Source of the DNA: Eledone cirrhosa
Taxonomy: Eukaryota
Length of the DNA stretch: 64,000 nt
Reading direction: 5' to 3'
NCBI GenBank assembly: GCA_964016885.1
Contig: OZ024749.1
Span: 52,452,001-52,516,000, forward strand
Under the pieces are notes generated by a model. The model was given only the letters and a program-made list of their open reading frames with translations, had not been told where the DNA came from and did not search any database. The position numbers and the translations under genes are program-made. Shown piece by piece: positions 1 through 23,452 of this stretch; positions within the stretch are counted from its first letter, which is position 1; the number at the start of each line of letters is the position of its first letter.

Positions 1-684
1 AATTGAACGAGCAAGACATTTACAACAACACAGTAAAAATTAATGTATATAAATCTTTATTTCACACAGAGATATCGATGTTATTTACTTTTATTCACAA
101 ATCAGACTATATTTTTGTAGCTATCTCGGTGGCTTAGTGGTAGGTATTATAGACAGTCTGGGGTTTCAATCTGAGTCAGAATCTACACTCTAAGGGGGTT
201 TACTATTTACCCAGTGACTACACATGCTGGAATTATTGTTTGCCTCATTTTAAATTGAGTATTATTCAGTGTTCGGCCCAGTTTTTCTGCTTCTGTTTCA
301 ATTTCGTTTATATTTTGTTCGATGTTTAGCACCAAGTTGAACATTTTTTGTCATCAATGGTATATTTACATTATAAATACATAAACACACGTTATATATA
401 TATATATATATATAGGTAAGTTATTCCGGGTAACCACAGTTAGGTAAGTTATTTGGAGGTAACCACAGTAAGTGAATAGAAAATAAGTTACAAGGGTAGG
501 TGATAGTGTAAAGTTTTTATGGATAATGGATTTACTTTAGAAAATAGGGGATGATGATGGTGATGAGGTAGAAATAGATATGAGAAAGGTGGGGTATGAA
601 AAGAAAAAGAAAAGGAAAAAATGAAAGAAATGGGCATGATATATATGATGATGGTGATGATGATGACTTGAAAATAACTTAGGT

Positions 685-925
685 GGGTAGGTGTGCATCA
701 AGGTTCAGTCCTCAGCCCACTTTTGTTTATTATAGTTATCCAGGTCATAACAGAAGAGTTTAAGACTGGATGTTCATAGGCACTTTCTATATGCTGACAA
801 CCTCAGAGCTGAATCTGTGAAAGAACTAGAGAGTAAATTCCAGCTGTGGAAACAGAACTTACAATGAAAAGGGCTGAGAATAAAACCAAAATGTTAATAA
901 GTAAGAAAGAAGACAGGACCCGAAA
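685..925 (+). mobile_element. Degenerate RTE-type LINE reverse transcriptase fragment
   Basis: Translates VGVHQGSVLSPLLFIIVIQVITEEFKTGC, then a stop and frameshift, then YADNL (the QG..LSP and YADD motifs). Confidence 0.75.
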
Positions 926-1368
926 ATAAATAAATATATAAAAATATTTGTTGGCAACACAAATTGAATTAATATACATATATAAATATGTGTGTATTGT
1001 TATTCTGTTGTATTTTCTCTTAACTTTAAAAAAGGCACTGAGTATTTTTCAGAATTTTGAAATGTTTTCTATCAGTCTATAAAATATATGACAATACTGT
1101 TTCAATGTCACACATAACTATGTGACAATACTGATTCAATGTCACACATAACTATATGACAGTACTGTTCCAATGTCACATAACTATATGACAATACTGT
1201 TTCAACGTCACATAACTAACAATGGCAAATGTGAGACTTAGAGTTTGTTGAACTTGGCAAGTTTCAGTCTACAAAATATAGACTCTTCTTCTTGTATTGA
1301 GTATTTTACCCTCTAGTTTGAAGCCCCAAAGTTTACCTACTGTATGTATGAATGTATATATATATATA

Positions 1369-1568
1369 TAACGAAGGTAATGTGGTAAGGAACCAGGTGG
1401 ACCATAATGCACCAAAGTACTCAATACTTAGGGTAGTAGAGTGGGTAATAGGAACGAGTAGGACCCCGACGGCTGAACTCAATCCTTTTCGACGGCTAAT
1501 TCTGGACTGTCCAGAATTAGCCGTCGAAACAGCTTGAGCTCAGCCGTCGGGGTCCTACTCGTTCCTAT
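1369..1568 (-). mobile_element. Hairpin element family A (inverted repeat plus asymmetric tail), inserted in (TA)n
   Basis: Inverted repeat 1448-1568 and tail 1369-1447 containing GTACTCAATA. Near-identical to 23453-23648 and 43412-43596. Confidence 0.8.
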
Positions 1569-1650
1569 ATATATATATATATATTCATATATATAGGGAG
1601 AGAGAGACTAGATGAGGGGTCCATGGATGAATCACTGAAAGGTAAAGGAT

Positions 1651-11938
<10,288 letters not shown>

Positions 11939-12329
11939 TATGGGGTGACAAGGCAGCAAAGTGAGACTGAACTACGCTGGACTTTATTGGTAACAGCCAT
12001 TCAACACAGCTTGATCAAGGCTGAATAAAGAAATAAAACAAAGATTATTAGTTCATTAATGCTTTAGCATTTAAACTGGTCATATCCGGCCAGAATTATC
12101 TCACTTCTTTCTGTTCAAACCAGCCATAATCAGCCACTCATACTGACGTTAAGGTATTGTTCTCAACATAAATAATATCAAAATCTTGTAGATTAGATAT
12201 TATGTGAGATAATTCTGTAAGATAAAGCCTTTACCACAAAAATATAATAGTATATATAGAGTAATGTAAATTTTAAAGGGTTAATTAGATTAAGTTGATT
12301 TATGAATGAAAAAAAGTGTATAGAACCAC

Positions 12330-12810
12330 AACTTTCAGCCGAGAAGATGCTTAGTCAAAATCTCACGGTTAGGGTGAGAGCTACAGCTTCCACAGCCGAA
12401 TGGAACAAAATCCTGAAATACTGTGATCTGTTGGTTAACTACATTTTCCAGCCTGTGGCATTCAAGACATTTGCTGGAGCCAAGCCACTGTGAGGTTCTT
12501 GTCTTTACTAGTGGCTTGCTTAACAGAGGTAACTGGTGATGCTTGTGAGGGCACTTGGTTGTTCCAGTGCATCAGCCACGCCATTCCCCTAGATAACGCT
12601 GCAAGCATGCTGGCTTGCCTCAAAAATTATTAGAGGGGTTTCCCAATGCTCCTTGCGATATTGTTATCTTTTGCTCTGGCAGTAGTTTGTTTGTCCACCC
12701 CTTTCGCCTGCCTTTTGTTGTATGTGGTCCTGCTGGCGTTTTTTTTCTTTCCCCCTTTTCTTTCTTTTTTTTTCTCTTTTTATTTGTAATATTATGTTGA
12801 GACTTAATAA
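12330..12810 (+). mobile_element. 3' end of a CRE-clade (restriction-like endonuclease) non-LTR retrotransposon, degenerate
   Basis: ATASTAEWNKILKYCDL..YIFQPVAFKT..LTEVTGDACEGTWLFQCISHAIPLDNAASML resembles the CRE C-terminal consensus (AE..K..KY..F.P.A.ET.G..TGD.RE..WLFQR.S.A.QRGNAAS). AATAAA at about 12806. Confidence 0.65.
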
Positions 12811-12859
12811 AATGAATATTATATATATATATCATCATCATCATCATTTTACTTATATA

Positions 12860-12994
12860 TAAGTTTATCCCGGGTTCAATCGGGGGTAACCACAGTAAGT
12901 AAGGTACTCAATACAAAGCAGAGTATAAATATTTAATCTAGAAAGGCTTCTACAGGACTAGAACTGTTTCATTCGGGAGAAATCATCAGGAAGC
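12860..12994 (-). mobile_element. Small hammerhead-bearing element, family B (HHR at 12946-12994)
   Basis: The minus strand reads gcttc CTGATGA tttctcccgaat GAAA CAG ttctagtc CTG TA gaagc, followed by a tail with TATTGAGTAC. Flanked by TA. Confidence 0.75.
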
Positions 12995-13671
12995 ATATAT
13001 TAAATATAATATATATATATATATATTATACATACACACACATATATATATATAATAATCTCGAATGTCTACATTATCAAGCAAAGATGAACACTTGCGT
13101 CAAACGGGTTTAAAAAAAGTTTATCCGGACTATTGACAATTAAAAAAAAAAAAAAGAAATACTTAAAATAAACTCCATGTGAAAGTTTTAAAAGATAATG
13201 GGATGTGCGGCCGATTGTCGCACTTTGTGGTGAAATGTCCCCCCCCACCTCTTTTTAATGTTTTTTTTTATCTCTTTTATGCGTTTATATTTGTATATAT
13301 TATAAGTGTTTCTGTTTTTGTTCTCTAAGCATTATATTTTTATACAACTGTGAATATAAGATTCATTAATTCACACCAATTTTAAATATTTACATATTCA
13401 CACATTCAATCAACAAAGTAAATGGACAATAACAAGGAATCGAGGAGTGGTGGTGTTGTTTTGAAAGAAACCCGAAACATTCACAACAGTTACCGGGGAG
13501 GGATGATAGCGTGTCTGAGGAGCTGGAACAGCCAAACAACTTCACAAAGATTCACCTAATTCTCCAGTAAGACAAGACGAACCAACAACGATCACAAATA
13601 ACTTTGTTGTCAGTGGCCCAACTCCTACAAATATCTACAGTCTGAAAACTGTAATCTACCGATAATTCAAG

Positions 13672-13702
<31 letters not shown>

Positions 13703-14571
13703 ATGTATATATATATATATATATATTTATACAGAGTAAATAAACACCGTTTCGTTAAAAGGACTAACAAACAATATATATGTATATATATTCATCAGGT
13801 GCTAGAAAATAATGCAGATTGATCGGGAAAATATGACGAACCTATTTGCAAAAGATCAATCGTGAGAGAAAGCCATGGCTGGGTTGTTAAATGTCGGGAA
13901 GAGTGAAAGAAAATATAGAGAAGGAAGAGGAGATAGAGAGAGGGAGGGGGAGAAAAGATGGATGACGAGGATATAGAGGGAGTGAGAGAGAGGGGGGTGG
14001 GTAGAAAAAGTGGATGATAGAGTTAGGGATGGAGAGGGAAAAAGAGAGAGGAAGCGTCAGCGTAAGAATGTATACACACATATATATATAAATACACATA
14101 AACATATACATACTATATACATACGTACACTGACATATATAGACACACACACACACGTATACATATATATCGTTACACATGTACATGTTATATACATGCG
14201 TACACTAATAGCTACAGACACACACATATAGATACACTCACACACACATATACATACGTACACGGACAGATATAGACGCACACACACACACACAATGAGT
14301 GTATACTACAGTAAATCTACCAATGTAATAGAGATTGACCACTCTGACACACAATCGTCAGAAGAACGAAACAATAGCGAAGTTAGAGAGAAATTCACTT
14401 CTTATGGATCCGCTTCGTCTTAAATATATCTGATAATTTAGTGTAGATTTCTATCGAAATATTAATGTGTGAACACAAGAAAGAGATAAATGGTTTTATA
14501 ACTGTTTATTTTTACTGATATAAATGTAAGTTCAACTAATATAACATTATATCGTCTTCAATGAAAGTCTT

Positions 14572-14607
14572 GATTGGCAACAGCAATACCTGACGTTGCG
14601 CGGGAAA
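14572..14607. promoter_or_regulatory. Possible promoter cluster (CCAAT box, TGACGT, E2F-like GCGCGGGAAA) upstream of RNF207
   Basis: gattgg at 14572, tgacgt at 14591 and gcgcgggaaa at 14598, in a CpG-containing patch. Motif-only evidence. Confidence 0.3.
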
Positions 14608-15229
14608 GCAATTATTCAATTGATGATTAATTTATTGGGAAATATTGATTGTATGAATATATTATTTGGGAAATATTAATTATATGAATATATTATTTGG
14701 GAAATATTAATTATATGAATATATTATTGGAAAATAATAACTATAGTGGTTAGAAACTCCCTGGAGAGTTGGATAGAAGATCTTCAGAGAAGAAAACTCG
14801 CCTCAAGCAAGTGTTTTAATTTCTATAAATAATGTTATTGGAAAATACTAATTGTATATATAATGTTATTGGAAAATATTAATTGTATACGTAATGTATT
14901 ATTGGAAACATAGCTCTTATATTTAATGTGTTCAGTTTTCTGTGACCATTCTTTACAACTTTGTCTCACTTTGTCCCATGTATTCCTGGGTTTCCTTCTT
15001 CAACACATTCCAACCATTTCAAACACTTAGCACCTTCCTATATAACTCTCACTCCAGCCAACACATCGCATGAACATACCAGCGCAATCGTCCGTCTCTC
15101 GCTCATTACATTCAATTATTCGTATTTTCGACTTTTCTCTTACTTCATTTGTGTTCTGTCTTTCTTGTAACTAACATTACATACCCAGTGAAGCACGCAT
15201 GCTTCAGTTCTGTTCAGCTGCCACCAGGG

Positions 15230-15525
15230 CCAGTGAGAGGTGGGGTCCAATCAGTACTTTGTTCCGGGGCCGAAGAGCTAAGAAGGCCCCACAGCAACGA
15301 TGCAATATCCATTTTGAGAAAAATCTTTGTCTGTTTCTGGCCCCAAAGGGGTCTTGCACCGCTTTGCAAGATCTCTCTTGGAAGCCCTGGTAGCCATAGA
15401 TCTATGTCTCACTGTATCAGATAATATAGCAGTTTGAACACAACCATCATATAATCTGCCCTTCACTCATTGGTGCCAGCAGATAACAGCTCCTTGAATT
15501 TCTACCAGTCTTTCACACTTTAACA
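15230..15525 (-). mobile_element. Degenerate RTE-like LINE fragment
   Basis: VKGRLYDGCVQTAIL resembles the RTE KGRLY.ACVR.AMLYG segment. Confidence 0.5.
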
Positions 15526-16548
15526 TCACCATCATCATCACACCACCACAACCATCATCATCACCACCATAACCATCATCAACACCGTTTAATGACCATG
15601 TCTTGCTCATACAGAAGTTTCTAACTTGGTTTCTACAGCTGGACGATCTTCCTAACACCAACCACATTTTCAGTGTGGACTTGTTACTAAATAATAACTA
15701 AATGTCTAATTACTCCATTCCAGGTGGACCAATATAGATCCAGACTTCCCCTGAAAACAACTTAACTCCGTCATTCTGAGTTCAGGGACCCCGTGAAAAG
15801 TGACCATCACCTCTGAATAAAGTAAATGAATTGATTTCTAAATAAACTAATTCTGTTCTGTTCTCAATTTTCTGTTAAAAGTAAAACAGAAATTTAATCT
15901 ATTTATTTAATTACTCGCAGCTAATTAAATATTTTGGTTATTTTTTGTTCAATTTGGTTTTTTGTTAATTTTATGTTTAAAATATGTATTTATGACATAT
16001 AGATGCACTAACCTTGAGTTGGAACCCACCATACACTCACTGTTTAAGCTATTTTGTTGTATGTGTAGAGTAGAAGATATATAAACATATGGGTTGAATT
16101 TAACATCCCCTCAAGGTAATTTATCCCACTTGGAGGGGGCAGATGGGAGACTGACTTTGGTAGAGTTCCAAGTGAAGGTACATGAAAAGTATAAAGCCCT
16201 TTCTTCCTTCACTATACAGTAAACAGACTAATGCCCTCAAAAGTGTCATGGACCCTACCCTTTCTTCTTTCACTGAGCAAAGTAAAAATTAAGTGCTCAA
16301 TGTTCTTTGACTGTTGACAATTTTGAGTTCAGTTTCTGATTTAGTATATCTGTCCCAGGAAGGGACAACCAAATGACAGCAACATACCTACCTCAGTTTC
16401 TAGATCAGTATATCTGTCTCAGACAGGGTTATATATAGATATGTGTGTGTAAAAGATAAACAGAAATAACAACACAATCAGTACAGTATATGGAAGGTAT
16501 ATATTAGGTTAACGCTTGATATAGCAGGAATATATATATATATATATA

Positions 16549-16860
16549 CTAAATAGTGAGTGTTGTTACTCTGGAGTTTTGCCTGGTTATCACAGGGTCA
16601 TCGGAAAAGAACATTCTTGTCTGATGACCCTGTGATAAACAGGTGAAACTCCAGAGTAGAAAGACTCACTATTTAGCCTTAATAAAATGATCATCATCGT
16701 TTAACGTCTATCTTCCACGCTAGCATGGGTTGGACGGGAATTGTTCCACCTGAGGCAACATTGGTCGGGTGACAGTGTCTCGCTCGTATAAATGAATATT
16801 TTAAACTCTACTTCGGTATTGAGTACTCTTTTATCTCGGCTGTCAACTACACATGGATAC
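16549..16860 (+). mobile_element. Inverted-repeat element with hammerhead motif (16614-16664) and TATTGAGTAC tail; degenerate relative at about 20400-20500
   Basis: Inverted repeat 16549-16676. The motif reads tcttgt CTGATGA cCCTG tgataaa CAGGt GAAA CTC ca GAG TA gaaaga. TATTGAGTAC lies at about 16818. Confidence 0.65.
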
Positions 16861-17005
16861 ACATATATAATTAACCTCTGTATAACAATAATATTAGCAG
16901 AAGCAGAAAATAGAATTTGTTTTTCTGTCAGCTTCTAATCAATTCACAACTGCCATTATAGTAAGGGAGATAACTCTTGTAAGACGAGATTCGTGTAATA
17001 TTTTA

Positions 17006-20000
17006 TTATTTAGGTTGTGTTGAAGGAGGCTGTGGAGCAAGAAAACTCGCTTCCAACTTTTGTAGTTCGTGAAATAACGTTAAACCAGTTTTCCATTCAT
17101 CTTTTATCTTCTTGTGTTTTTCTTGTCCTGAAGCTGCACCTAAAGCAGCCCCTAACGCCGCACCACGGTGACAGTTCTCACCTGAAAATCAAAGAGAAAA
17201 CTAATTAGAGATATTTTTTTTTGTTTGGTTTTGTTGTTTTAGAAGAATAACAAAAAAAAAAAAAAATTATTTAAAATTTTATTTAGTGTTTTATACGAAT
17301 TCTTTATTTATATATTTCTGTTCATTTTCTTTACTGAGAGAAGCAACAGTTTGGTATAACAGGAATACAGTTTAATTAGTTGACAATTTGTATCTGACTG
17401 GTATTAATGTGTTCGCTAATTTATGATGAGAATAAAACATCATCTCCATCTTCACGACGACAACGACCACACCCGCCACATCAATCACACTGGTCTCTAA
17501 GTACTTCACTGCTGGCTAGTAATAATGAGATTTCCATTGGGTGTCCTAAACAGAGTCCACCTTATTGCAAGTATTCAAGTTAGGTTTCCCATTTGAGGAT
17601 ATATTCCCTCTCTCCCTCTGTTCCTCCCACTATCTCAACAGATTCCAAGGCTCTGAAAAAGGGTCATGGACACAGCCCTTCTCTCTCTGACTAAACATTA
17701 CACAGAAAATTTGAAAATCAAAATCAAAACCATTTACATTAGCTTACCAAACAGTAAGTTTAAATTATATCATTTGAGAGAACGGGGTGTCTATTGTAGA
17801 ATTATCCTAGAACGGTAAATACCTCGGGTTTTTGATAGTGTGTTATATATTTGTAATGTAAAAAAGGAATAATAATAATAATAAATATACACAGACCTCC
17901 ACAGTTGGTGTTGATATGTATACCAGTGTTGAAGTCTTTAGAAAAACACATTGTCAGATAGAATAAAGTTTTCAGTGCAGATTCAATATAACAGGCAAGA
18001 CCAAGTGATGTGGTGTTTCTTTGGTGAGATTTTAAGGAACTGGAGCTGCAGAATTAATGGAAGATATATTAACAGTTCAATAAGGTTAAGTTTGATTAGT
18101 ACTTATAAGGATCATAACATTTCTCTCTCTCTCATATATATATATTAAGAGTACCTTAATATACATAAATAGTGACCCTTGACCGCTCAGAACAAGCACG
18201 CTCAGAAAATGCTTGTCCAACCCATGCAAATATGGATATAAACACGATGATGATGATGATGATGATGATGACCATGATGACCATGATGAAGAAAACAATG
18301 ATGGTAATGGTGATAATGATAATAATAATTGTTTCTACTATTGGCACAAGGCCAGCAATTACCCAGTGTATTACTGGTACTTTATTTTATCGACCCCGTA
18401 AGGATGAAAGGCAAAGTTAACCTCGGCGGGATTTGAACTCAGAATGGAAAGGGCCGTAACAGTGCGTCAAAGCATGGCGTCCGACCCTCTACCGATACTG
18501 CCAATCCACCGCCCTTTAATAACAATGATTTATAATCTATATTAATCTTACCTGTCTATTTGATCTGCCAGGTGTAACATCATCTGTCGGTTGTCATGAC
18601 CCCCCAAAGAGGAATGTGCCAATATTCTCCTTATTTCACTTTCTAAACTGAAGCCATTCAAGGTGGCATGAAGTAACCGAGAGTAAATATCAATGAAGGG
18701 TATCAGAGATTGAACCGGGTGTGTCAGTTTAATGAACTCAACTGCTGTATTGGCACATTCATCTTCAGTTTTATCTGCATTACGTAATACCCAGGGGAAA
18801 ACCATCACCAAAGCTCCAATGCTTGCCAGTTGATGTTCAGGAGGTTGGGAAAACATCTGTCGTGATCTGAAATAGATTTATATGTATATTGTTTATTGTT
18901 TTTAGCTGAGCGACTATATATATTTATATATATATGTATATTTATATATATGTTATTTATATATATATGTTATTTATATAATTATGTAATAATCAACACA
19001 ATATAATTATTCCATTACACAAGGTTTCACGAAGTTAGATGATTCTAACAAATATCTGATATCTCTCATCAGAAGGAATCTTTATAGCTCTGTACTATAC
19101 ATAGAGCACTCTTCTTTCCTTTACCTTTTCCATGAAAATACATATATATATATATATATACACACACACAGAGTTATGTATGTATATTTGAAGCAACATC
19201 TGAACATACACAATAAGCAAAACCCGGAGATGAAACAAGAACGAAATGAGACACCATTTTATTATTTGTTGACAGGTGTTTCACAGGCTTTCAGGACTCA
19301 AAAGCCATTTGATATCCCATGCCAGGAAGGAACAGACATAAAGTGTAAGAAGTGGTTAAGCTTTGTTTGGAACAGATGACCTTCATATTATATATATAGA
19401 TATATTTATATATATATTGTGGAGAGAAAATTTTAACAGAATTGATGGCATGTTGAGGGGAGACTGGTTTGCATGGGTGACTGCTGGACTTGTGCCTCTG
19501 AGGGGAACTTTCTAGGTGCAAATCCCATGGTCTTTCATGACCAAAGAGGTCTTTACCCTATATATATATAGGGTAAAGATCTCTTCGGTCATATATATAT
19601 ATACACACACATATAGAATAGATTCACTGTATCCTTGTGTGTTGTAAGAAATGACTAAAAGGTTTGGTGTCAGGAAAGGTATCCATCTGTAAAACATTGC
19701 CTCGAAAAGTCCTGTCCAACCCATGCCAGCCTGGAAAGTTAACATAAAAATGATGATGATGATGATATATACACATTCTTTTACCTTCTTTTTGCAAAAT
19801 CAAAAATGTCTTGTCCATTTAAAGGAGAGTGAGGAATAGCATTCCAGTCTTTGAAGAACAACCGGTGGAAGGATTCTGCATAAGTGTCATTGTGGGTGTT
19901 TGGTGTGGTCATGAAATGGACGTAAGATTGAAGTACACTGGCCATAACCTCTTGGTCAGACCTTAATCCCCAGGGGTCAGTTTCCTGCATAGTTTGAATC

Positions 20001-21208
20001 ATTTTCAGAGCGACCAACATATTAAGTGTATTGTCACCTGGCTTCATTCCTTAATAGGAAGAAGAGTAAGAAGAAAGAAAGAAAAAATATAATTAATCGA
20101 GAGAATGTATTTTTACAGACAAGCATTAACTATAATAATTGTTTCTACTTTTGGCACAAGGTCAGCAAATACCCCAGTGCATTACTGGTACTTTATTTTA
20201 TTGACCCTATAAGGATGAAAGGCAAAGTTAATCTCAGCGGGATTTGAACTCAGATCATAAAGGGCCGTAACTCTATGCGGCAAAGCATGGTGTCTGACCC
20301 TCTACCGATACTGCCAATCCATCAATATGACACATGTTTGTTTACATACACACACACACATACACATAAATCGAATTGTACTTGCTGTACTGCAGCTAAA
20401 GTTCGATTTACAATTATATTTATATATATATAATTTTCTAAAGGCTAAATAGTGAGTCTCCTTACTCAGGAGTTTCACCTGCTTCTCACAGGACATGGTA
20501 AGTAACCTGAAATACTACTTACCTTGATGGTAAAAATATGAATCTCCACTTGTCCAGTATTTAAGTTTGTCATGTAAAATTACTTCACCTATAACAGCTT
20601 TGTTTTCTTTACTACCTGACGATGTGCGACCACTGTCACCTAAGAGGAAGGAAAAGGAGATGAAAATTATGAAGAAATAGAAAAAATGAAAGTCATTCTG
20701 AATGTTGGGTGTATATCCCACATATGTAAAAGGTAAACAGAAATAACAACACAAATGGAAGGAATATGTTAGTTTAACACTTGAAATAGCAGAAAGTGGT
20801 TCTTAACGCTTTGGACGCTAGTCCTTCATCAGGAGAAAGAATGAGGGGACAGGCAGGATGGAATTGATATATATATATATCATATTGGTGTTAAACAACT
20901 GAAATGTGAAATAAGAATTGTATTGAACACCTACCAACTGCAGACAATGGAAGAATTGATCCCTTGTAAAATGTCTTTGGTGCTGTGTAGTCTGATATCC
21001 AACTGCCATAGTTCTTCGGGATGTCCTCGGTGTTGTAATACCAGTGGACAGGCATGGACATAGCATCTCCTATGAACATTCCCCATAATGCATCACACTT
21101 GGCCTGCTTCACTTTCTCTGAGATTGGTTTTCTAGTCTTGGTGGTGGTCGTGGTGTCTGTGGTGGCAGCAGGCCCTGGAGATGTTGAGCTGCCTTCTTTG
21201 CTGTTCAT
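17006..21208 (-). CDS. ADP-ribosylglycohydrolase / crystallin-J1 family protein; exons 20935-21208, 20523-20639, 19785-20049, 18552-18866, 17897-18045, 17006-17181 (431 aa)
   Basis: GT-AG introns with matching phases. Family-type motifs: ALWGMFIGDAMSMPVHWYY, YHQGMKPGDNTLN, YVHFMTTPNTHNDTYAESFHRLFF, FIKLTH, LACYIESAL, INTNCGGENCHRGAALGAALGAA. The start ATG is uncertain because the frame stays open to the acceptor at 21266. Confidence 0.88.
18328..18514 (-). mobile_element. Second tRNA-derived SINE family, full length (other copies or fragments at about 2718-2800, 9086-9240, 20138-20322, 23664-23743, 27720-27915, 28480-28700, 33572-33640, 38400-38525, 45767-45826, 57705-57882, 58530-58710, 58757-58850, 61500-61572)
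   Basis: The minus-strand head gggcggtggaTTGGCAGTATCGG..GAGTTCAAATCC carries A and B boxes. The body cctttcatccttacggggtcgataaaataaagtaccag and the (TTA)n tail recur across the window. Confidence 0.8.
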
Positions 21209-21830
21209 AACTTTGTGTTGACAACTGGCGCTAGTCTGGATGTACCGTGTCCACTTCGGGCTGGCTCTGGTAAAATGAGAACAATTAACTCTTTAGCATC
21301 TACATTACTCTATATTTACTATTATATTTTCATGGTAAAGGCTTTATCTCACATAATATCAAATCTATGAGATTTTGATATTATTTATTTTGAGAACAAT
21401 ACCTTAACATCAGTATGAACGGCTGGTTACAGCCAGTTTGAACAGAAAGAAGTGAGAGAAATTTGGCCGGTTTAAATGCTAAAGGGTTAAACAACATTCT
21501 TAAACACACCTTTAATTTATTTATATTTTATCTTTTGCCATATTTCTAATGAAAGACAGATGCTGCTTTAAACTTTAATATCATATAAAAAAACAATGAA
21601 ATAATTTAGTAATATAATTCATTTTCTTATTATTCTGCCAGTGTTTGGAGCATAACTTAAAGGTTCTTACACAGGATTATGATGGAAAGGTTTTAGATAA
21701 ATGTAAACATTTAAAAATAAATAATTTTGTGTCATAGAACTATGGGTAGTTCTAGAGGGTTTGGATTCAAAAAGGTTAAATAAGTGTGTATGTATGTATA
21801 TATATATATATATACACACACACCATTTTG

Positions 21831-21866
<36 letters not shown>

Positions 21867-22068
21867 TCTTTTAAATGGAGGTTAAACAATGATAATGATA
21901 TATATATATGTAAACACGATGGTGTAGGACAGAACAAGAGAGATACAAAATAACAATAGAAATAGTCACAGAATATGTGTCGAAAGAACTTTGACAATCA
22001 ACAACTAAACAACCATCTGGCTTTTAAACTAACACCTGGGAGTTTATATATATATATATATATATATA

Positions 22069-22144
22069 CAGGGTGTCTCCCCAAAATGTATATACACTTC
22101 AACAGCATTCTAATAACTATGTATACATTTTTAGGGACACCCTG
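22069..22144. mobile_element. Tc1/mariner-type mini-MITE (other copies at about 24657-24732, 40131-40230, 48767-48840)
   Basis: TA|CAGGGTGTC..GACACCCTG|TA terminal inverted repeats within (TA)n. Confidence 0.72.
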
Positions 22145-22478
22145 TATATATATATATAGATATTGAATGGTTGTGGGAAAATCACTGAGTCAGATATTGA
22201 TGTTCAATATATCATTGATTAATAATTATCAATAATTCTTAAATATGTTTCAATACATTATATAATATAATGTCACACACATCACATACATACACACACA
22301 CACACACACTCCCGTCGCACACATGTCACGCAAAACTACCCTAAGTGACTAATTACCAACACTTTCCATCAGGTAGATCAAATAAAAAAGAAATTTAAAT
22401 GTAAACATTTTAAAATAAACAATTTTGTAAAAAAAAAAAACATTTACCTGCTCGCAACTGGGGAGTGATATATAGATA

Positions 22479-22550
<72 letters not shown>

Positions 22551-22920
22551 CTATGTATATATAGAGAGAAATATAGATATGTATGTGTGTATATATGTAT
22601 CTATATGTGTGTGTTTATACTATAGATAGATATGTATGTATGTACTTTTAGGTTGAAAATTCCGACAAAAGTGCTGTTGTCGCAAACTTGTCTGATGAAA
22701 TGGGAAGAGATTTAACTCCACCTCCTCATCTCTCTCTCTCTCTCCGGGTAGTTCCGTTATATAACCTACTCTTTCTACACACATATATATATAATTATAT
22801 ACAATGTCTGTGTGAGAGAGAGAGAGAAAGTGAGACTGGTTTCAAATAAATACTACAAATTGTAGAGAATGTATATTTATTTATAAATATTTACCATTAC
22901 CAGGAATTTTTTCCTGTGGA

Positions 22921-22975
<55 letters not shown>

Positions 22976-23452
22976 ACAGCTAGTTATAGAAAATGTAAAC
23001 AAAACATACGTTTGTGAGTTATCGTAAGTTTTCCTGTAAAACCTTTCGTTGTTAATATGTTTGGTTTTGAACTGTTTAATATCTTAAAATAATAACCAGT
23101 GCTGGGTTAGTGGTAGATAACGGAACATTTGTGAAATATTCCGACAATATATATATATATATATATAGACACTGGTTATATAAACACGTTCAACGCGTTA
23201 TATAATGTACACATATTTATGTTGTATAACACATATACACAGCTATATATATATATCAACAGTCGATCAACTTTCGTTAAATCGGACCGAGGAAACAATG
23301 TTTCCGTTGGTCTTTCCAATTGCTATATAAACGGTTAATATATTTTTAATGCTTAACTTACACGAGACATATACATGCGAAATACGAGTGACAGAACCGC
23401 CTGCGAGAATCGAACCACATATCTGCTCTCTCTCTCTTATATATATATATAT

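Noticed and set aside
1352-1537. Repeated small ORF VVRNQVDHNAPKYSILRVVEWVIG
   Set aside because: It recurs only because family A elements are repeated, and its start comes from the flanking microsatellite.
17006-21208. Selenoprotein (SelJ) call
   Set aside because: There is no in-frame TGA in the assembled CDS, and the candidate position is TGT (Cys).
22692-22700. Isolated CTGATGA matches (also at about 13793, 36447, 36550, 37705, 46834, 47178)
   Set aside because: They lack a properly placed stem II-GAAA-stem III-UH and stem I pairing.
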